NCBI GenBank assembly: GCA_964016885.1
Contig: OZ024749.1
Span: 25,544,001 to 25,608,000, forward strand
Origin: Eledone cirrhosa
Lineage: Eukaryota
Direction of reading: 5' to 3'
Length of the DNA stretch: 64,000 nt
Shown piece by piece: positions 1-14,812 of the stretch. Each line of letters starts with the position of its first letter. Within the stretch, counting starts at the first letter, position 1. The notes below the pieces were generated by a model. The model saw nothing but the letters and a program-made list of their open reading frames with translations, ran no database searches and had not been told where the DNA came from. Made by a program: the position numbers and the translations under genes.

Positions 1-712
1 TGGTGGTGGTGGCGATGGTGGTGGTGGCGATGGTGGTGGTGGCGCTGAGGATGGTGGTGATGTTGGTGCTGATGATGATGATGGTGGTGGAGGCGGTGAT
101 GCTGATGATGGTGATGGTAATGATGAGTATGATGATGATGTTGATGATGATGTTGATGATGATGTTGATGACGGTGGTTATGGTGGTGGTGGTGGTGGTG
201 GTGGAGGTCGTCGTCGGTGATGAAGGTGGTGATGATGATGATGGTGGTGGTGGCGATGGTGGTGGTGGTGGTGGTGGTGGTGGCGTTGATGATGGTGGTG
301 ATGTTGGTGCTGATGATGATGGTGGTGGAGGTGGTGATGATGATGATGGTGAGGGTAATGATGATTATGATGACGATGTTGATGATGATGTTGATGACGG
401 TGGTTTTGGTGGTGGTGGTGGTGGTGGTGAGGAGGAGGATGGGAGGAGGAGGGGGGAGAATGGCGAGGAGGAGTAGGAGGAGAGAAGTAGGAGTAGGAAC
501 AGGAGGAGGAGGAGAAGGAAGTGGAGGAAGAGGAGGAACAGGAGGTAAGAGGGGGAATACTGATGACGACAATGAAGATGAAGTTGATGTTGTGACGACG
601 AGGATGTTGATGATGTTGATGATGATGGTGATGGTGATTCTAATAATGATCATGACGAAGACAATGGTGATGATGGTGATGGTGTTGGTGATAATGATGG
701 CGGTGATTATAA
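1..712. repeat. Compound (GGT)n/(GAT)n/(GGA)n trinucleotide low-complexity tract
   Basis: Imperfect GGT/GAT/GGA repeats read directly; the ORFs here are poly-V/M/D/G artefacts. Confidence 0.95.
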
Positions 713-714
713 TA

Positions 715-1342
715 ATTGTTTCTACGTTAGGCACAAGGCCAGCAATCACCCAGTGTATTACTGGTACTTTATTTTATCGATCCCGTAAGGATGAAAAGCA
801 AAGTTAAAATGGTTTCTTATATAGGCACAAGGCAAGTCATTTTTTTTTTTTTTTTTGGTCGTGTTAATCGACCCTAGTGCGTGACTGGTACTTTATATTA
901 TCGACCCCGTAATGATGAAAGGCAAAGTTAACCTCGATGGGATTTGAACTCAGATCGTAAAGGGACGTAACTATGCTGGAAAGCATGGCTTCCGACTCTC
1001 TACCTATACTGCCAATCCACCGCAGTAATAATAATTGTTTCTACTATTGGCACAAGGCCAGTAATTACCCAGTGTATTACTGGTACTTTATTTTATCGAC
1101 CCCGTAAGGATGAAAGGCAAAGTTAACCTCGGCGGGATTTGAACCGCAGTAATAATAATAATGAAATTCATAAGTAGAAGTGTAACAAAATTATCAGAAA
1201 AATAACAATAACTGTTTCTACTTTAGGCACAAGGCCAGCAATTACCCAGTGCCTTAACTGGTACTTTATTTTATCGACCCCGTAAGGATGAAAGGCAAAG
1301 TCAACCTCTGCGGGATTTGAACTCAGATCTTAAAGGGACGTA
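715..1342 (-). mobile_element. Cluster of four tRNA-derived SINE family-1 copies or fragments (~715-805, 812-1023, 1033-1143, 1211-1342)
   Basis: Repeated reverse complement of GGATTGGCAG..GAGTTCAAATCCC (B box)..CCTTTCATCCTTACGGGGTCGATAAAATAAAGTACCAG..GGCCTTGTGCC..AGAAAC(ATT)n. Confidence 0.9.
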
Positions 1343-1374
1343 AAATAACAATAATGACAACATTAAAAGCAAGA

Positions 1375-1472
1375 ACATAGACAACGACGACGGGAACAAA
1401 TGAAACAACAGCAACAACAGCAACAACAAAACCACCACAGCACAAACACAACAACAACAACAACAAAAACTA

Positions 1473-1513
<41 letters not shown>

Positions 1514-1560
1514 ACTACAACAAAAACAACAGCTAAAAGAACTACAACAATAATAGAAAC
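1375..1560. repeat. (CAA)n/(CAACAG)n microsatellite
   Basis: Read directly. Confidence 0.9.
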
Positions 1561-1775
1561 GGTAAAAAAAAACAGCACTGAATAGCGAAGAACATTCGAG
1601 ATTATTAGTGAGAAGTAATAGTAGTGAAATCTATAAATATTGATAATTTAATAGAGAAAATATTAAAGAAAACTGTTGTTCATACGTTAAGAATTTTCTT
1701 ACGTTGTTTTCGTACAAACTTGATAAATGCACCAGTGAATTGTTGAGCTAAACGAACTAACGAGAAGAAAATCTT

Positions 1776-3650
<1,875 letters not shown>

Positions 3651-3660
3651 TTACAAGTGG

Positions 3661-3921
3661 TGGGGCACGTGGCCTAGTGGTAAGGGTGTTGGACTTACGA
3701 TTACAATGTCGTGGTCTCGATTCATGGGTTGTGTTTTGTGTTCTTGAGCAAAACACTTCATTTCGCGTTGCTCCAGTATACTCACTTGAAAATTGGTACC
3801 AGCTATAGCTGGAGCTTTAACCCTGCGATGGACTGGCGTCCTGTACAGGGGGGAGTCTTGTACCCATGAAACCGGGATAAGCCCCGGCCAAACGAGCCTT
3901 CTGGGTTAAGACAGAATTTAG
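3661..3921 (+). mobile_element. SINE family 2 (tRNA head plus CORE-like central domain)
   Basis: GTGGCCTAGTGG A-box-like head, TGTGTTCTTGAGCAAAACACTT CORE-like block, CTGCGATGGACTGGCGTCCTGT..GGG block; homologous copies at 40021-40310 and 43605-43700. Confidence 0.8.
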
Positions 3922-3954
3922 ATATATATACATATACATATGTATATATATAAC

Positions 3955-4073
3955 TATTTCTACTTTAGGCACAAGGCCAGCATTTAACCAGTGCATTACT
4001 GGTACATTATTTTATCGACCCCGTAAGGATGAAAGGCAAAGTCAACCTCGGCGGGATTTGAACTCAGATCGTA
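3955..4073 (-). mobile_element. SINE family 1, 5'-truncated
   Basis: Matches the family consensus from the 3' tail to the B box. Confidence 0.9.
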
Positions 4074-4133
4074 AAATGATGTTATGATGTTATGTATATA
4101 TATAACAATTGATATATATATATATATATATAT

Positions 4134-4309
4134 AGTTTTAATATAGATGAGATTCTACAGGACTAGAACTGTTTTATTCATTAGAAATCATCAGGATGAA
4201 TGAAACAGTTCTAGTCCTGTAGAATCTCATCTATATTAAAACTTTTATACTCTGCTATGTATTGAGTACCTTACTTACTGTGGTTACCTCCGATTCAACC
4301 CGGATTAAC

Positions 4310-4310
<1 letters not shown>
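4134..4310. mobile_element. Short palindromic element embedded in (TA)n, probably derived from a Penelope pLTR
   Basis: ~40 bp perfect inverted arms at 4134-4174 and 4203-4243; related sequence at 12681-12736 and 12900-13070. Confidence 0.6.
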
Positions 4311-4349
<39 letters not shown>

Positions 4350-4368
4350 AAAACATTGCAAAACAAAC

Positions 4369-4404
<36 letters not shown>

Positions 4405-4699
4405 GTATACATATGTATATATATATATATATATGTATATGTTTGTACGTATGTATACATATATAACTGCCGTGTTGTCTGTTATTGTGTGTATAATGAC
4501 ATATCTATATTTAAATCTAGTTGATGTGTTTTTTTTCCACGGAACAGATGAGATTTCAACAAAATCTAAGAATGGTTAACAATGTGTTACAATCAGAAAA
4601 TATGAATAAAGAACTATAAAAATACAATACGAAGTAGATGAAGATGAGGTGGAGGCATTGGAGGAGTGGGGGGAAGGAGGGGGAGTATGTTGTTGTCGA

Positions 4700-4775
4700 T
4701 GGTGATGGATGTGGTGGCTGTAGTGGTTCTGACGAGGATGATGATGATGGTGATGGTGATGATGATGATGACGAC

Positions 4776-4807
<32 letters not shown>

Positions 4808-4862
4808 CGATGATGATGATGATGATGATGCTGATGATGATGGTGATGATGACGGTGATGGG
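4700..4862. repeat. (GAT)n microsatellite
   Basis: Read directly. Confidence 0.95.
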
Positions 4863-5004
4863 GTTTATGGTTTCTTTGTTAAGCATAGACTTTTCCATAA
4901 AAGCCCATTTAGAACAGAAGAATACAATACTTTGTAATTTTTGGAGAAAAGGGAGAAATAACGAAACGAAAATATAAGAAATGACAATATAATAATGATA
5001 ATTA

Positions 5005-5095
5005 TGATCTCATTTATTGGCCACTAGGGCCGACATATAGGGAACAATACAAAGACTGGGACAATGAGGGCTTACAATAAAAGCCAGCGAAAATA
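5005..5095 (-). mobile_element. Tx1-like LINE subfamily B, 3' end
   Basis: Reverse complement matches 22990-23062 (..TGTCGGCCCTWGTGGCYAATAAATGARATC). Confidence 0.8.
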
Positions 5096-5179
5096 CACAA
5101 TAACAAAACCATAATAATGTTAATTCTTGTTTTTATTATTATTATTATTATTATTATTAAACCCTTGTGGTTAATAAAG

Positions 5180-6068
5180 AATGTGATCGGTGGAAACTCC
5201 ACCTTGGTGTTCTAAAGAGGATTAGTGGAGGAGAAGAGCGACGACGTACTTGGAGAAACTCTAGGCGTCGACGAAAATCAACTATCCAATCTCTTCGGAA
5301 GGACTTTCGGGTCGTGGCCTATGGACAACTTCCAGAAATCCCTGGCCTGGCAGTGCTACCGGCGAGCTTTGCCAGTTCGGGATAAACTCTACAGGCATGG
5401 AGGTGCCGTCAGCCGGACATGTCCGAGATGCGCGCAGGGCGACGAAACCTTCCTGCACTCACTCGTCCAGTGTCCGAGCATTGCTGACTTGTAGTTTTAT
5501 GTCGAACACCTGCTGTCACGTGTAGGACGGATCCAGCTATCAGCTGAGTCCATCATGAGGATTGCCCCGCCCTCTTCCTTTAGCCGGGAAGGGCAGGCAG
5601 TTTTTATCTGTCTGGTGGCCATGGCGAAAGAGATAGTATGGTGGACACGTTTGAAAGGGCTGAAGACGAGCACTTACCTCTTCGGTGATGCCCTGATTAA
5701 CTTTTTCAAATTTCATTTGAAAAGGAAAATCAGGTAGAGAGGGAAGTGCTCTCTTCCCAGCATTTTTTGTAAAGATGGGTGAGAGAAGCAAGAATGGCTC
5801 GAGTGAATGGGCCTACTCTGAGTATGTATCTGTAAATTAAAGGTGGAAAACTAGGAGAGGGCACTTGCCTTGGTGGTCAGGGTCACTGTGGTCTTTTACT
5901 GGGCTTTCTCCACAAATGTCCCTCCGAAGTCTCCCCCCCTATTGGGGAATTTTTCATTGTTATTTTTGTTTTTTACACGCAGAAATGCCCATTTGTACCG
6001 TCCTGTATTGTCCTGCACTGTCCTTAATGTCTACTTTATGTAAACCCTTGTGGTTAATAAAGAAATCC

Positions 6069-6099
<31 letters not shown>

Positions 6100-6121
6100 G
6101 ATTATTATTATTATTATTATT
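5180..6121 (+). mobile_element. 5'-truncated Tx1-like LINE (subfamily A): ORF2 C-terminus, 3' UTR and (ATT)n tail
   Basis: Near-identical to 36319-37280; encodes the CPRCAQGDETxxHxLVQC zinc motif, with stops and frameshifts. Confidence 0.95.
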
Positions 6122-6365
6122 AATAATAATGACTTCTTTATTGGCCACAAGGGCTTACATCAAGAAAAAACATTACAGACAGCACAAGACGGTACAGGAC
6201 GGTATGATGTGGGTTTTGTGCGTGTAAATATTTTTATTATTTATATAATAAAAAATAAAAAAAGACATAGAAATATATATATAAACAATAAAATGAAAAT
6301 TGAAACAATGAAAAATTCCCCCAATAGCGGGGAAACCTCCGAGGGTTACGCGTGGCGAAAACCTC
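6122..6365 (-). mobile_element. Tx1-like LINE subfamily C 3' UTR, tail-to-tail with the preceding copy
   Basis: Reverse complement matches ~24955-25195; the tail flips from (TTA)n to (TAA)n at ~6121. Confidence 0.85.
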
Positions 6366-6380
6366 AATAACAATAATACT

Positions 6381-6570
6381 AATTGTTTCTACTTTTGGCA
6401 CAAGGGCAGCAATTATTCCAGTGCATTACTGGTACCTTATTCTATCAGCCCCGTAAAGATGAAAGGCAAAGTTAACCTCGGTGGGATTTTAACTCAGAAA
6501 TGCAATGTCCGTAACTCTATGCGTCAAAGTATGGTGTCCGACCGTCTACCGATACTGCCAATCCACCGCC
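6381..6570 (-). mobile_element. SINE family 1, full length
   Basis: Complete match from head (GGCGGTGGATTGGCAG) to tail. Confidence 0.9.
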
Positions 6571-6589
6571 AATAATAATAATAAGTAAA

Positions 6590-6795
6590 GGGTGGTGGAT
6601 TGGCAGTATCGGTTGAGGTCCGGATGCCATATTTTGCAGCACAGAGTTATGGCTCTTTATGATCTGAGCTCAAATCCCGCCAAGGTTAACTTCGTCTTTC
6701 ATCCTTACGGGGTCGTTAAAATAAAGTAGCAGTAATGCACTGGGTAATTGCTGGCCTTGTGCCAAAAGAAGAAACAATTGTTATTATTATTATTT
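6590..6795 (+). mobile_element. SINE family 1, full length, head-to-head with the previous copy
   Basis: Complete match with (ATT)n tail. Confidence 0.9.
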
Positions 6796-6796
6796 C

Positions 6797-7285
6797 GTTT
6801 AGCTCAGTTCTGTTTCTCTATTGCCGGGAGCAGGCCTTGAACATAGAGCAATAGATGTTTTCATTGTAGAGAGAAAACTTGTCTGGGAATGTGTACTGTT
6901 ATAGTAGCCCGAATTTCGGTAGCTCATATTTGCTGATATTGCAGGGAAGGAGGCTAGGGTGCAGTATTTGGGTGTTAATCCTAATGCTCCTATTACCATA
7001 GGGATAGTGTTTGTTGTCATCCTCCGCATGCGGATCATCTCTATGTCCAGGTCTTTGTATTTTGCAGATTATCCTTTTTTTTTATAGATGTATTTTTTTC
7101 AGCTGGAACGGAAATATCTATAAGGTACATGTCCGATCTGTTTTGTTTTTTTATGATGATATCTGGTCTGTTGGCAGCAATTTCTTGGTCGGTTATCACA
7201 GACATATCCCACAAGATGGATATGGCGCCCTTTTCCATGACTGTTTTTGGTTGATGTTCATACCATTTGTTAGAAGTTAGGATGT
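6797..7285 (-). mobile_element. R4/Dong-like RLE retrotransposon 3' fragment (degenerate)
   Basis: KWYEHQP..ILWD..IAANRPDIII..LIDISVP..IPMVIGALG: PD-(D/E)xK restriction-like endonuclease signature. Confidence 0.85.
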
Positions 7286-7336
7286 TATGTCTGCTTAATA
7301 AAGAAAACATAAACCTCATTATTGTTGATATTATTA

Positions 7337-7558
7337 GCGTGGTTTGGCAATATCGGTAGAGCATCTTGCTTCGTAGCATAGAGTTATGGCCCTTCACGCT
7401 CTGAGTTCAAATCCCGCCGAGGTTAACTTTGTCTTTCATCCTTACGAGGTCGATAAAATGAAGCACCAGTAATGCAATGGGGTCGATTTAATTGACTTTC
7501 TCATCCGCCCCGCCCCTTGAAATTGCTGGCCTTGTGCCTGAAATAGAAACAATTATTA
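7337..7558 (+). mobile_element. SINE family 1 (longer variant)
   Basis: Head, B box GAGTTCAAATCCC and tail present; extra ~30 bp before the tail. Confidence 0.85.
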
Positions 7559-7599
7559 TAAACAAAGATAAAGAAATTTGTAGAAACATATTTCGGAAT

Positions 7600-7840
7600 C
7601 AATGATCAAGTTGTGGTTCAAAACATAGAAATGAAAGGAAACTTTAGAATAGGATACTATAATCTCTTTAGATTATTACTTAAATCAGAATTAATTGCAA
7701 GGAATAAGTTAATAGCTATGAATACTCTAGCGACCTTAATAATAAATGATAAGTTTAACTCTCTGAACTGAACATTAAAACAAGTCAGACAGTAGACAAA
7801 CACAAAGGTATTATTTACTGTATTTAGAATAAAACATCCG
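7600..7840 (+). mobile_element. Degenerate R4/Dong-like RT thumb fragment
   Basis: Translates RLLLKSELIARNKLIAMNTLA, resembling the post-RT motif of R4-type elements as I recall it. Confidence 0.45.
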
Positions 7841-7944
7841 ACACAGATCTGAATCTTATTACATGGCATAGATTTACTATAAATGATGTTTCCTGGGGTA
7901 AACCTGCGATTCTAAACAGTAAAGGTAAAATCTACGAATATGTT

Positions 7945-8401
7945 ACGCTATCTCCCGGTATTCGCGCAGGTTACCTTCCCCGAGCACCTGCGAAGAGTGA
8001 AAAAGCGCGAATATTAGAAGTGGACAATAGTAATACCTATAAAAGTCAAAATATTACCCAAAGGAGCGTTGTATGCGAAAAGGCACCAATAGACCGGCAA
8101 ATACGGTATATTATTATTAAATCCCGCCGAGGTTTACTTTGCCTTTAACCTTACGGGGTCGATAAAATAAAGTACCAGTAATGCACTGGTAATTTTCTGG
8201 CCTTGTGCCTAAAGTAGAAACAATTATTATTAATGATATAGCGTAAAAATTATAAATGTTGCCACGTAAAATGCCATGAAAAAAATCGTGGAAGATATTT
8301 AAGATTCTGCGAATATGCGGTGGTTTTGACGAAGAATTATTAGTTAGGCTGTAAAGAATATTCCGCGGATAACCGGGACCGCGAATGCCCGGGCTACACT
8401 G
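7945..8401. mobile_element. Tigger/pogo-like MITE interrupted by a SINE family-1 fragment (8118-8230)
   Basis: Right end CGCGAATGCCCGGGCTACACTG|TA; degenerate left inverted match CCCGGTATTCGCG. Confidence 0.55.
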
Positions 8402-8477
8402 TATAACGATTTTTTTTAATGAAGCATAATTTCCACAAATCTCAATTAGGGTTTATTGAGGTTTATAGATTTTATAT

Positions 8478-8665
8478 AATTGTTTCTATTTTTAGGTACA
8501 AGGCCAGCAAATAGCCAGTACATTACTGGTACTTTATTTTATCGACCCCATAAGGATGAAAGGCGAAGTTAACATAGGCGGGATTTGAACTCACATCATA
8601 AAGGGGCGTAACTCTATGCTTCAAAGCATGGTGTCCGACTCTCTACCGATACTGCCAATCCACCG
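8478..8665 (-). mobile_element. SINE family 1, full length
   Basis: Consensus match. Confidence 0.9.
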
Positions 8666-9298
8666 TGATTTTATATAATGCTTGTGATATTTGACTGTGA
8701 ATATATTCTATAATTGAGTGCTAACGTCGCGACTCTGTATATATTTAGCTTTCTAACCTATGTATATAGTATATCAAACAACAACGAGGAACTTCACCAC
8801 AACGACGTTGACAGTAATTAAAATAGTCACTGAAAACACAGCAGCAACTATAACAATAACAACAGCAACATTACATGTTGGAGGTGTAGCAACATCAGAA
8901 GAAATATCATCAGAAGCAATGGTATATGTTGAGTCTTATAATACTAGATAGCAGATGCAACTTTGTTTAACGGGATCTGTGAAATAAATTTGTGTACTTA
9001 CGCCTCTAGCGTGAACATTTTGCTGAAAACTCCGCACCTGACAATTTTCATTATCCCACATTTTCGCACCACTATTGCCTACTTTTGTGTTTCAATATAT
9101 ATATACCCACGCAGAAATACACGCACACACAATATACACGAAGAGCACACAGACACACACACGCACATACACGTATATATACATACATATATCTTTCACT
9201 ATATATATATATAGTGATATGCACATATATGCATATATTTACACACACACACATATATAGATACATATATATATATATATGCGTATATATATATATAT

Positions 9299-9336
<38 letters not shown>

Positions 9337-9382
9337 GTTTATATATATATATATATATAAGTGGTTACACAACAGTCAGTTC

Positions 9383-9440
9383 ACCATACCGAGAACAATT
9401 GTTTCACCTTCGCGGATCTTCAACTCGGGATGTGTATGGT
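9383..9440 (-). ncRNA. Minimal type-I hammerhead ribozyme-like motif (core C3>U variant) in a ~140 bp insert within (TA)n
   Basis: Minus strand: ccgag-TTGAAGA-tccgcgaaggt-GAAAC-AATT-GTT-ctcgg; stem I ccgag/ctcgg extendable with accata/tatggt; palindromic stem III ACAATTGT. Confidence 0.55.
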
Positions 9441-9497
9441 TATAGGAACAGCCACTGAGTGCTCCACCACTACGGATATTACCTTCCAGTGTTCCAC

Positions 9498-9626
<129 letters not shown>

Positions 9627-9799
9627 CAGATATATATGTACATACATACATTCATACCTATATACAATTCTATAGTGTGGTATTTATTATGAGTCTACAC
9701 TGTAACTTGGTTTGAAAATAACCAATAATGTGATTTTTCACCTCTTTGGGTATTTGGTATTTTTTACTATACACATGGTTACTTGGATACTTTGTGTGA

Positions 9800-9858
<59 letters not shown>

Positions 9859-9862
9859 CATA

Positions 9863-9978
<116 letters not shown>

Positions 9979-10356
9979 AGTATATATATACATGCTCTCC
10001 ATTATTTCTCGCGTCATTCATTTTATTGTTCTTACATTATATTATGTTTTTTGTTCCTTCTTATCACTATTTGTTTCATATACATTCCCACCGTTCTTAG
10101 ATATTTACTCATTCACTTAGATGTTTTCATGTTTATATTTTTGTTTAACCCTCTCCTGTCTTCTCAAATCTAATTCGTTTGTTGTTATGTTTCACTAGTT
10201 CTACAAACTCATCTTGTGTCTTGGCACAGTCGCTTTACTTCCCACTGGTTTTGCATCTTTCTGATTTCGTTTTATGGACTATTTGAACATTTTTATTTCT
10301 ATTCCTATATTTATTTCTGTGTATATATGTATATATTTCTTTCATTCCTGTTGTGC

Positions 10357-10435
<79 letters not shown>

Positions 10436-10444
10436 TATGTATCC

Positions 10445-10548
<104 letters not shown>

Positions 10549-10659
10549 ATATGTATGTATATATATAAATTTACATATATATATATATATGTATCAATCT
10601 ATATATATATACATGTGTGTGTGTGTGTCCATATGTATATATATATATCTATATATATA

Positions 10660-10692
<33 letters not shown>

Positions 10693-10839
10693 GTATCTAT
10701 CTCTCTCTCTATATATATATACATGTGTGAGTGTGTGTGCGTGTGTGTCTGTGCGTATATAAAAATATGTATTTCGGTTTATTTATCCATCTATCGATCG
10801 ATTGATCTGCTACTGCTGCTGTTGGTATTGATGATAAGG

Positions 10840-10863
10840 AAGATAAGGATGATGATGATGATA

Positions 10864-10928
<65 letters not shown>

Positions 10929-11120
10929 AATGATGTCGATGTGGTGGTTGGTCATACCCGCCATTCTGTAGGTCTCATTTTAAAAGTTTTATGTTCAGGC
11001 TGTTTGCTTTTGTTACGTTGAAGATGATGATGTTGATGATAATGATGGTGATAATGATTGTGATGATGATGACTATTATGATGATTCAGATGAAGATGAT
11101 GACGATGATGATGATGATGA
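10840..11120. repeat. (GAT)n microsatellites
   Basis: Read directly. Confidence 0.9.
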
Positions 11121-12050
11121 GAATGGTCGTTTTGGTTCCATTTTTTTAATTTTAAAGAAATGTAGAATATTTATTTGTCTATGATGAATAAACTCAGTTG
11201 GTTCTAGAATGTTTGTTCGTATTTTGTATGCAAGAATGACTACCTTGTATCACTTTCCGATCAACCAAATAGTTGATTTATATTGCACTCTATCGACATG
11301 TATCGACGATCGAGGAACTTAGATTCAAAATCGCAATTTTTCAATTGGAACCGAATACTCCTCGTTATCCTTCAAACCTTCTCCACTTCCTATTACAACA
11401 GTTGTAGTGCATTGGAGAGAAAATCTAGCTTCAAACAACGAACTATTTCACAAATTTTATGCTGCTTGCTCGACTGAATGTGTTCCTCGTACAATCCATG
11501 AGAGAATTGAAATAATATTTATCCGAAGAAAATTGTATAGCAAGTAACCAAGTTTTTATTTGTAACAATCTAACGATTTATTGTCTTTTATACCATATTC
11601 AATTACCTGCTTTACGACCGGAAATATAGACAGTCGAGCACAAGAAACAAATTGCATTCATTTAAGTTCTAAATTTATGGCGTTGCGTAGGAAACGTTGT
11701 TGACAGAGGTGAATAAAACCGTGTTATGACTCGGTTTTATTTCTTCATATGGATACCATTAGAATAAGTCATTCAATGATTCGGATTTTTGATTTTCTCA
11801 TACCGAACCGAACATTTTCGTTGAATTTGCTTTGGATATGTGCTGCTATTTCACTCTTTCTATATTTATCGCTTTTCACAATCTTAAACCATTGGCCAAT
11901 TTCAAGAATTTTATCTTAAAGCTGCATTAATACATAGTAATCAAAACATCACCATTACGACGAGATAAGTTTCAAGACATCCTTCAGATAGACACCTTTC
12001 AATTTTCATATCGTAAAATTGAGAGACACAATAAATAGCGGGAACCATTA
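11120..12050 (-). mobile_element. Highly degenerate Tc1/mariner-like DNA transposon remnant
   Basis: Minus strand gives RFQLKNCDFES..DRRYMS, reminiscent of the mariner HTH-linker motif WFxxFxxGDFxLxDxxRSG; many stops. Confidence 0.3.
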
Positions 12051-12680
12051 ATTGAAGTCCAACTTATTCAACTAGTTATTTCTCTTTCACCCAATCTCCA
12101 TTTCTATTGCTCACTTCTCTCTCTACATTTCTATATCTCAGGTTATTTATCTATATGTCTACTTCCTTTCACCGATCTGTGTTTCCTACAACACTTCTCT
12201 CTCTTTATATATATATATGCTATCGTATTCTTTTCTCTAATTTTCAGATTCAATGCTAACATACACTAAATATTACATTTGATTCCGTTCAGTGAACCAT
12301 AACAGAGAAAAGAAGGTAAATCAATGATAGAGGATGGCTAGCAATGTTAAGTAATAATCATTCATAGCTAGACTGGTAGAAGCTGCGTGATTACAGAGTT
12401 AAAAGCGACCGACTGCCATATTTTAAAGTTCCCATTATATTTATAGTACATCTCTCCATATAGTATATTACTTCATTTTTTTATTGAGGTTTTTCTTTCT
12501 GTTGATATAGTCATTGCGTTGGTACATTTCTTGTTTTGTTCATCTCTATTTCTATATATTTGAGGAAATTATTTAATCGAATAAATAGACAATATTAAAA
12601 CGGAAATATGTCCTTCATAACGTTTTGAGCTCACATCTTCATCTCTATACTTCTATCAATTGATCATATTTGTGTATATA

Positions 12681-13070
<390 letters not shown>

Positions 13071-13102
13071 ATTCTCTCTCTCGCTCTCCCTCTCTCTCTC
13101 TT

Positions 13103-13143
<41 letters not shown>

Positions 13144-13508
13144 GCCATTGTTAATTAATAAATAATTGTTAATTAATAAATAATTCAACTAATACCTTAA
13201 CACTTCACACAAAGTAAAATATTTCGTTTTAATCATTTCCTAACCCAGAAAAAAAGAGAGAAAAAAATAAAAAAGGAAAAAAATATATTTTTCTTCCTAA
13301 TAGTCGTCTTTTTCTCCCTATTTTCATATATATATACGGCCACTGGTAATATGTTTCCGTCTCTAGGGTCTTTATTCGTTTTACATAAGCCGTTTTAAAG
13401 CAATTGTCTGTAATCGCAAGTATTTTCTATCCCTGAGCTTCCTACATTTTATAAATGTATATCCGCAGCGAATAAGTTGGAAAATTCGAGCTTCACACCC
13501 GAAGATTT

Positions 13509-13626
<118 letters not shown>

Positions 13627-13734
13627 TGTGTGTGTGTGTGTGTGTGTGTATGTGTGTATATTTATGTTTATATTTTATTTATATGTATGTATCTAAATAT
13701 ATATATATATTTATATATATATATATATGTATAC

Positions 13735-13766
<32 letters not shown>

Positions 13767-14370
13767 ATACACGTGTATATATATAAATATATTGTGGATA
13801 TTCGCCATATAAAATATATTCAAATGAATGCAAATCGAATTCAGTCTTAAAATTAAGGAAAAATCTGATATTTTAATCAAAGAAACTCAGACAAACCATT
13901 GAAAGTAGAATTACTAATATATGACAATGGTGGTCAGGAAACTGACCTGTGAAGATGGAGAATTATCCCTTATGATTTTAACAAAAGTGTCAAGTAATAT
14001 TTTTCATCATTTAACATATTTAACAATATGACGTGAATACACTAGCGGAATAATTATTGTATTTGTGGAATTTTCTTTCTGTTCTGTATGTTTTTTATGA
14101 TTGTTAATTTTCTTTTATTTTTTTCTCATTTATAATATTTAGAAATATATTTTGTCGAAACTGAATGGCTGAATATTTCATACTTCAAATTTAATATGAA
14201 GTAAATATAGTTTAATATTTTATTTTTAACCTTTTATTACTTGTATTACTTTTACGCAGTTCGTTCGAAGTTATTATGTTTGAAATTGTGTTCAGTTTCT
14301 AACTTTGCCATTCTAGAATTTTTAGAGTTGACGTAGTATGGTTGAGGAGAGTCGTAAATTGTATATTAAC

Positions 14371-14812
14371 AAAATTCAAGTATATTTTATATATATGGGA
14401 TGAATCACAAATGGCTTACTCAGAATTATCCTAAATATGGCTGGAAACATAATCTCCAGATGGATTGTTAGTAACGCTATCATGACATACGGCGCAACTT
14501 GGTCACTTTATAAACTTGGCTAAACCCATCATCTCTCCCAATCTAAACAGAGAGTATTTCTTCAGGAGAAGAAGAGAACCGTAAAATGTATATTAAGAAA
14601 ATTCAAGTACATTTTATAAACTTGGGATGAATCACACAAAGCTTAGTCAGAATTATTGTAAATATGTTTGGAAACGTAAACTCCAGATGAATTCTTAATA
14701 ACGCTGTCGTGAAATACTGAACATCTTGAACACCCTTCAAACCTAGCGTAACCCATCCTCTCTCCAAATCAGAAGATAGAATATTTCTTCAACTGAAGAA
14801 TAGAAAGAGAAA
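14371..14812. repeat. Diverged tandem duplication of a ~227 bp unit
   Basis: AAAATTCAAGTA..GGGATGAATCAC..AACCCATC..TATTTCTTCA occurs twice (from ~14371 and ~14598). Confidence 0.85.
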
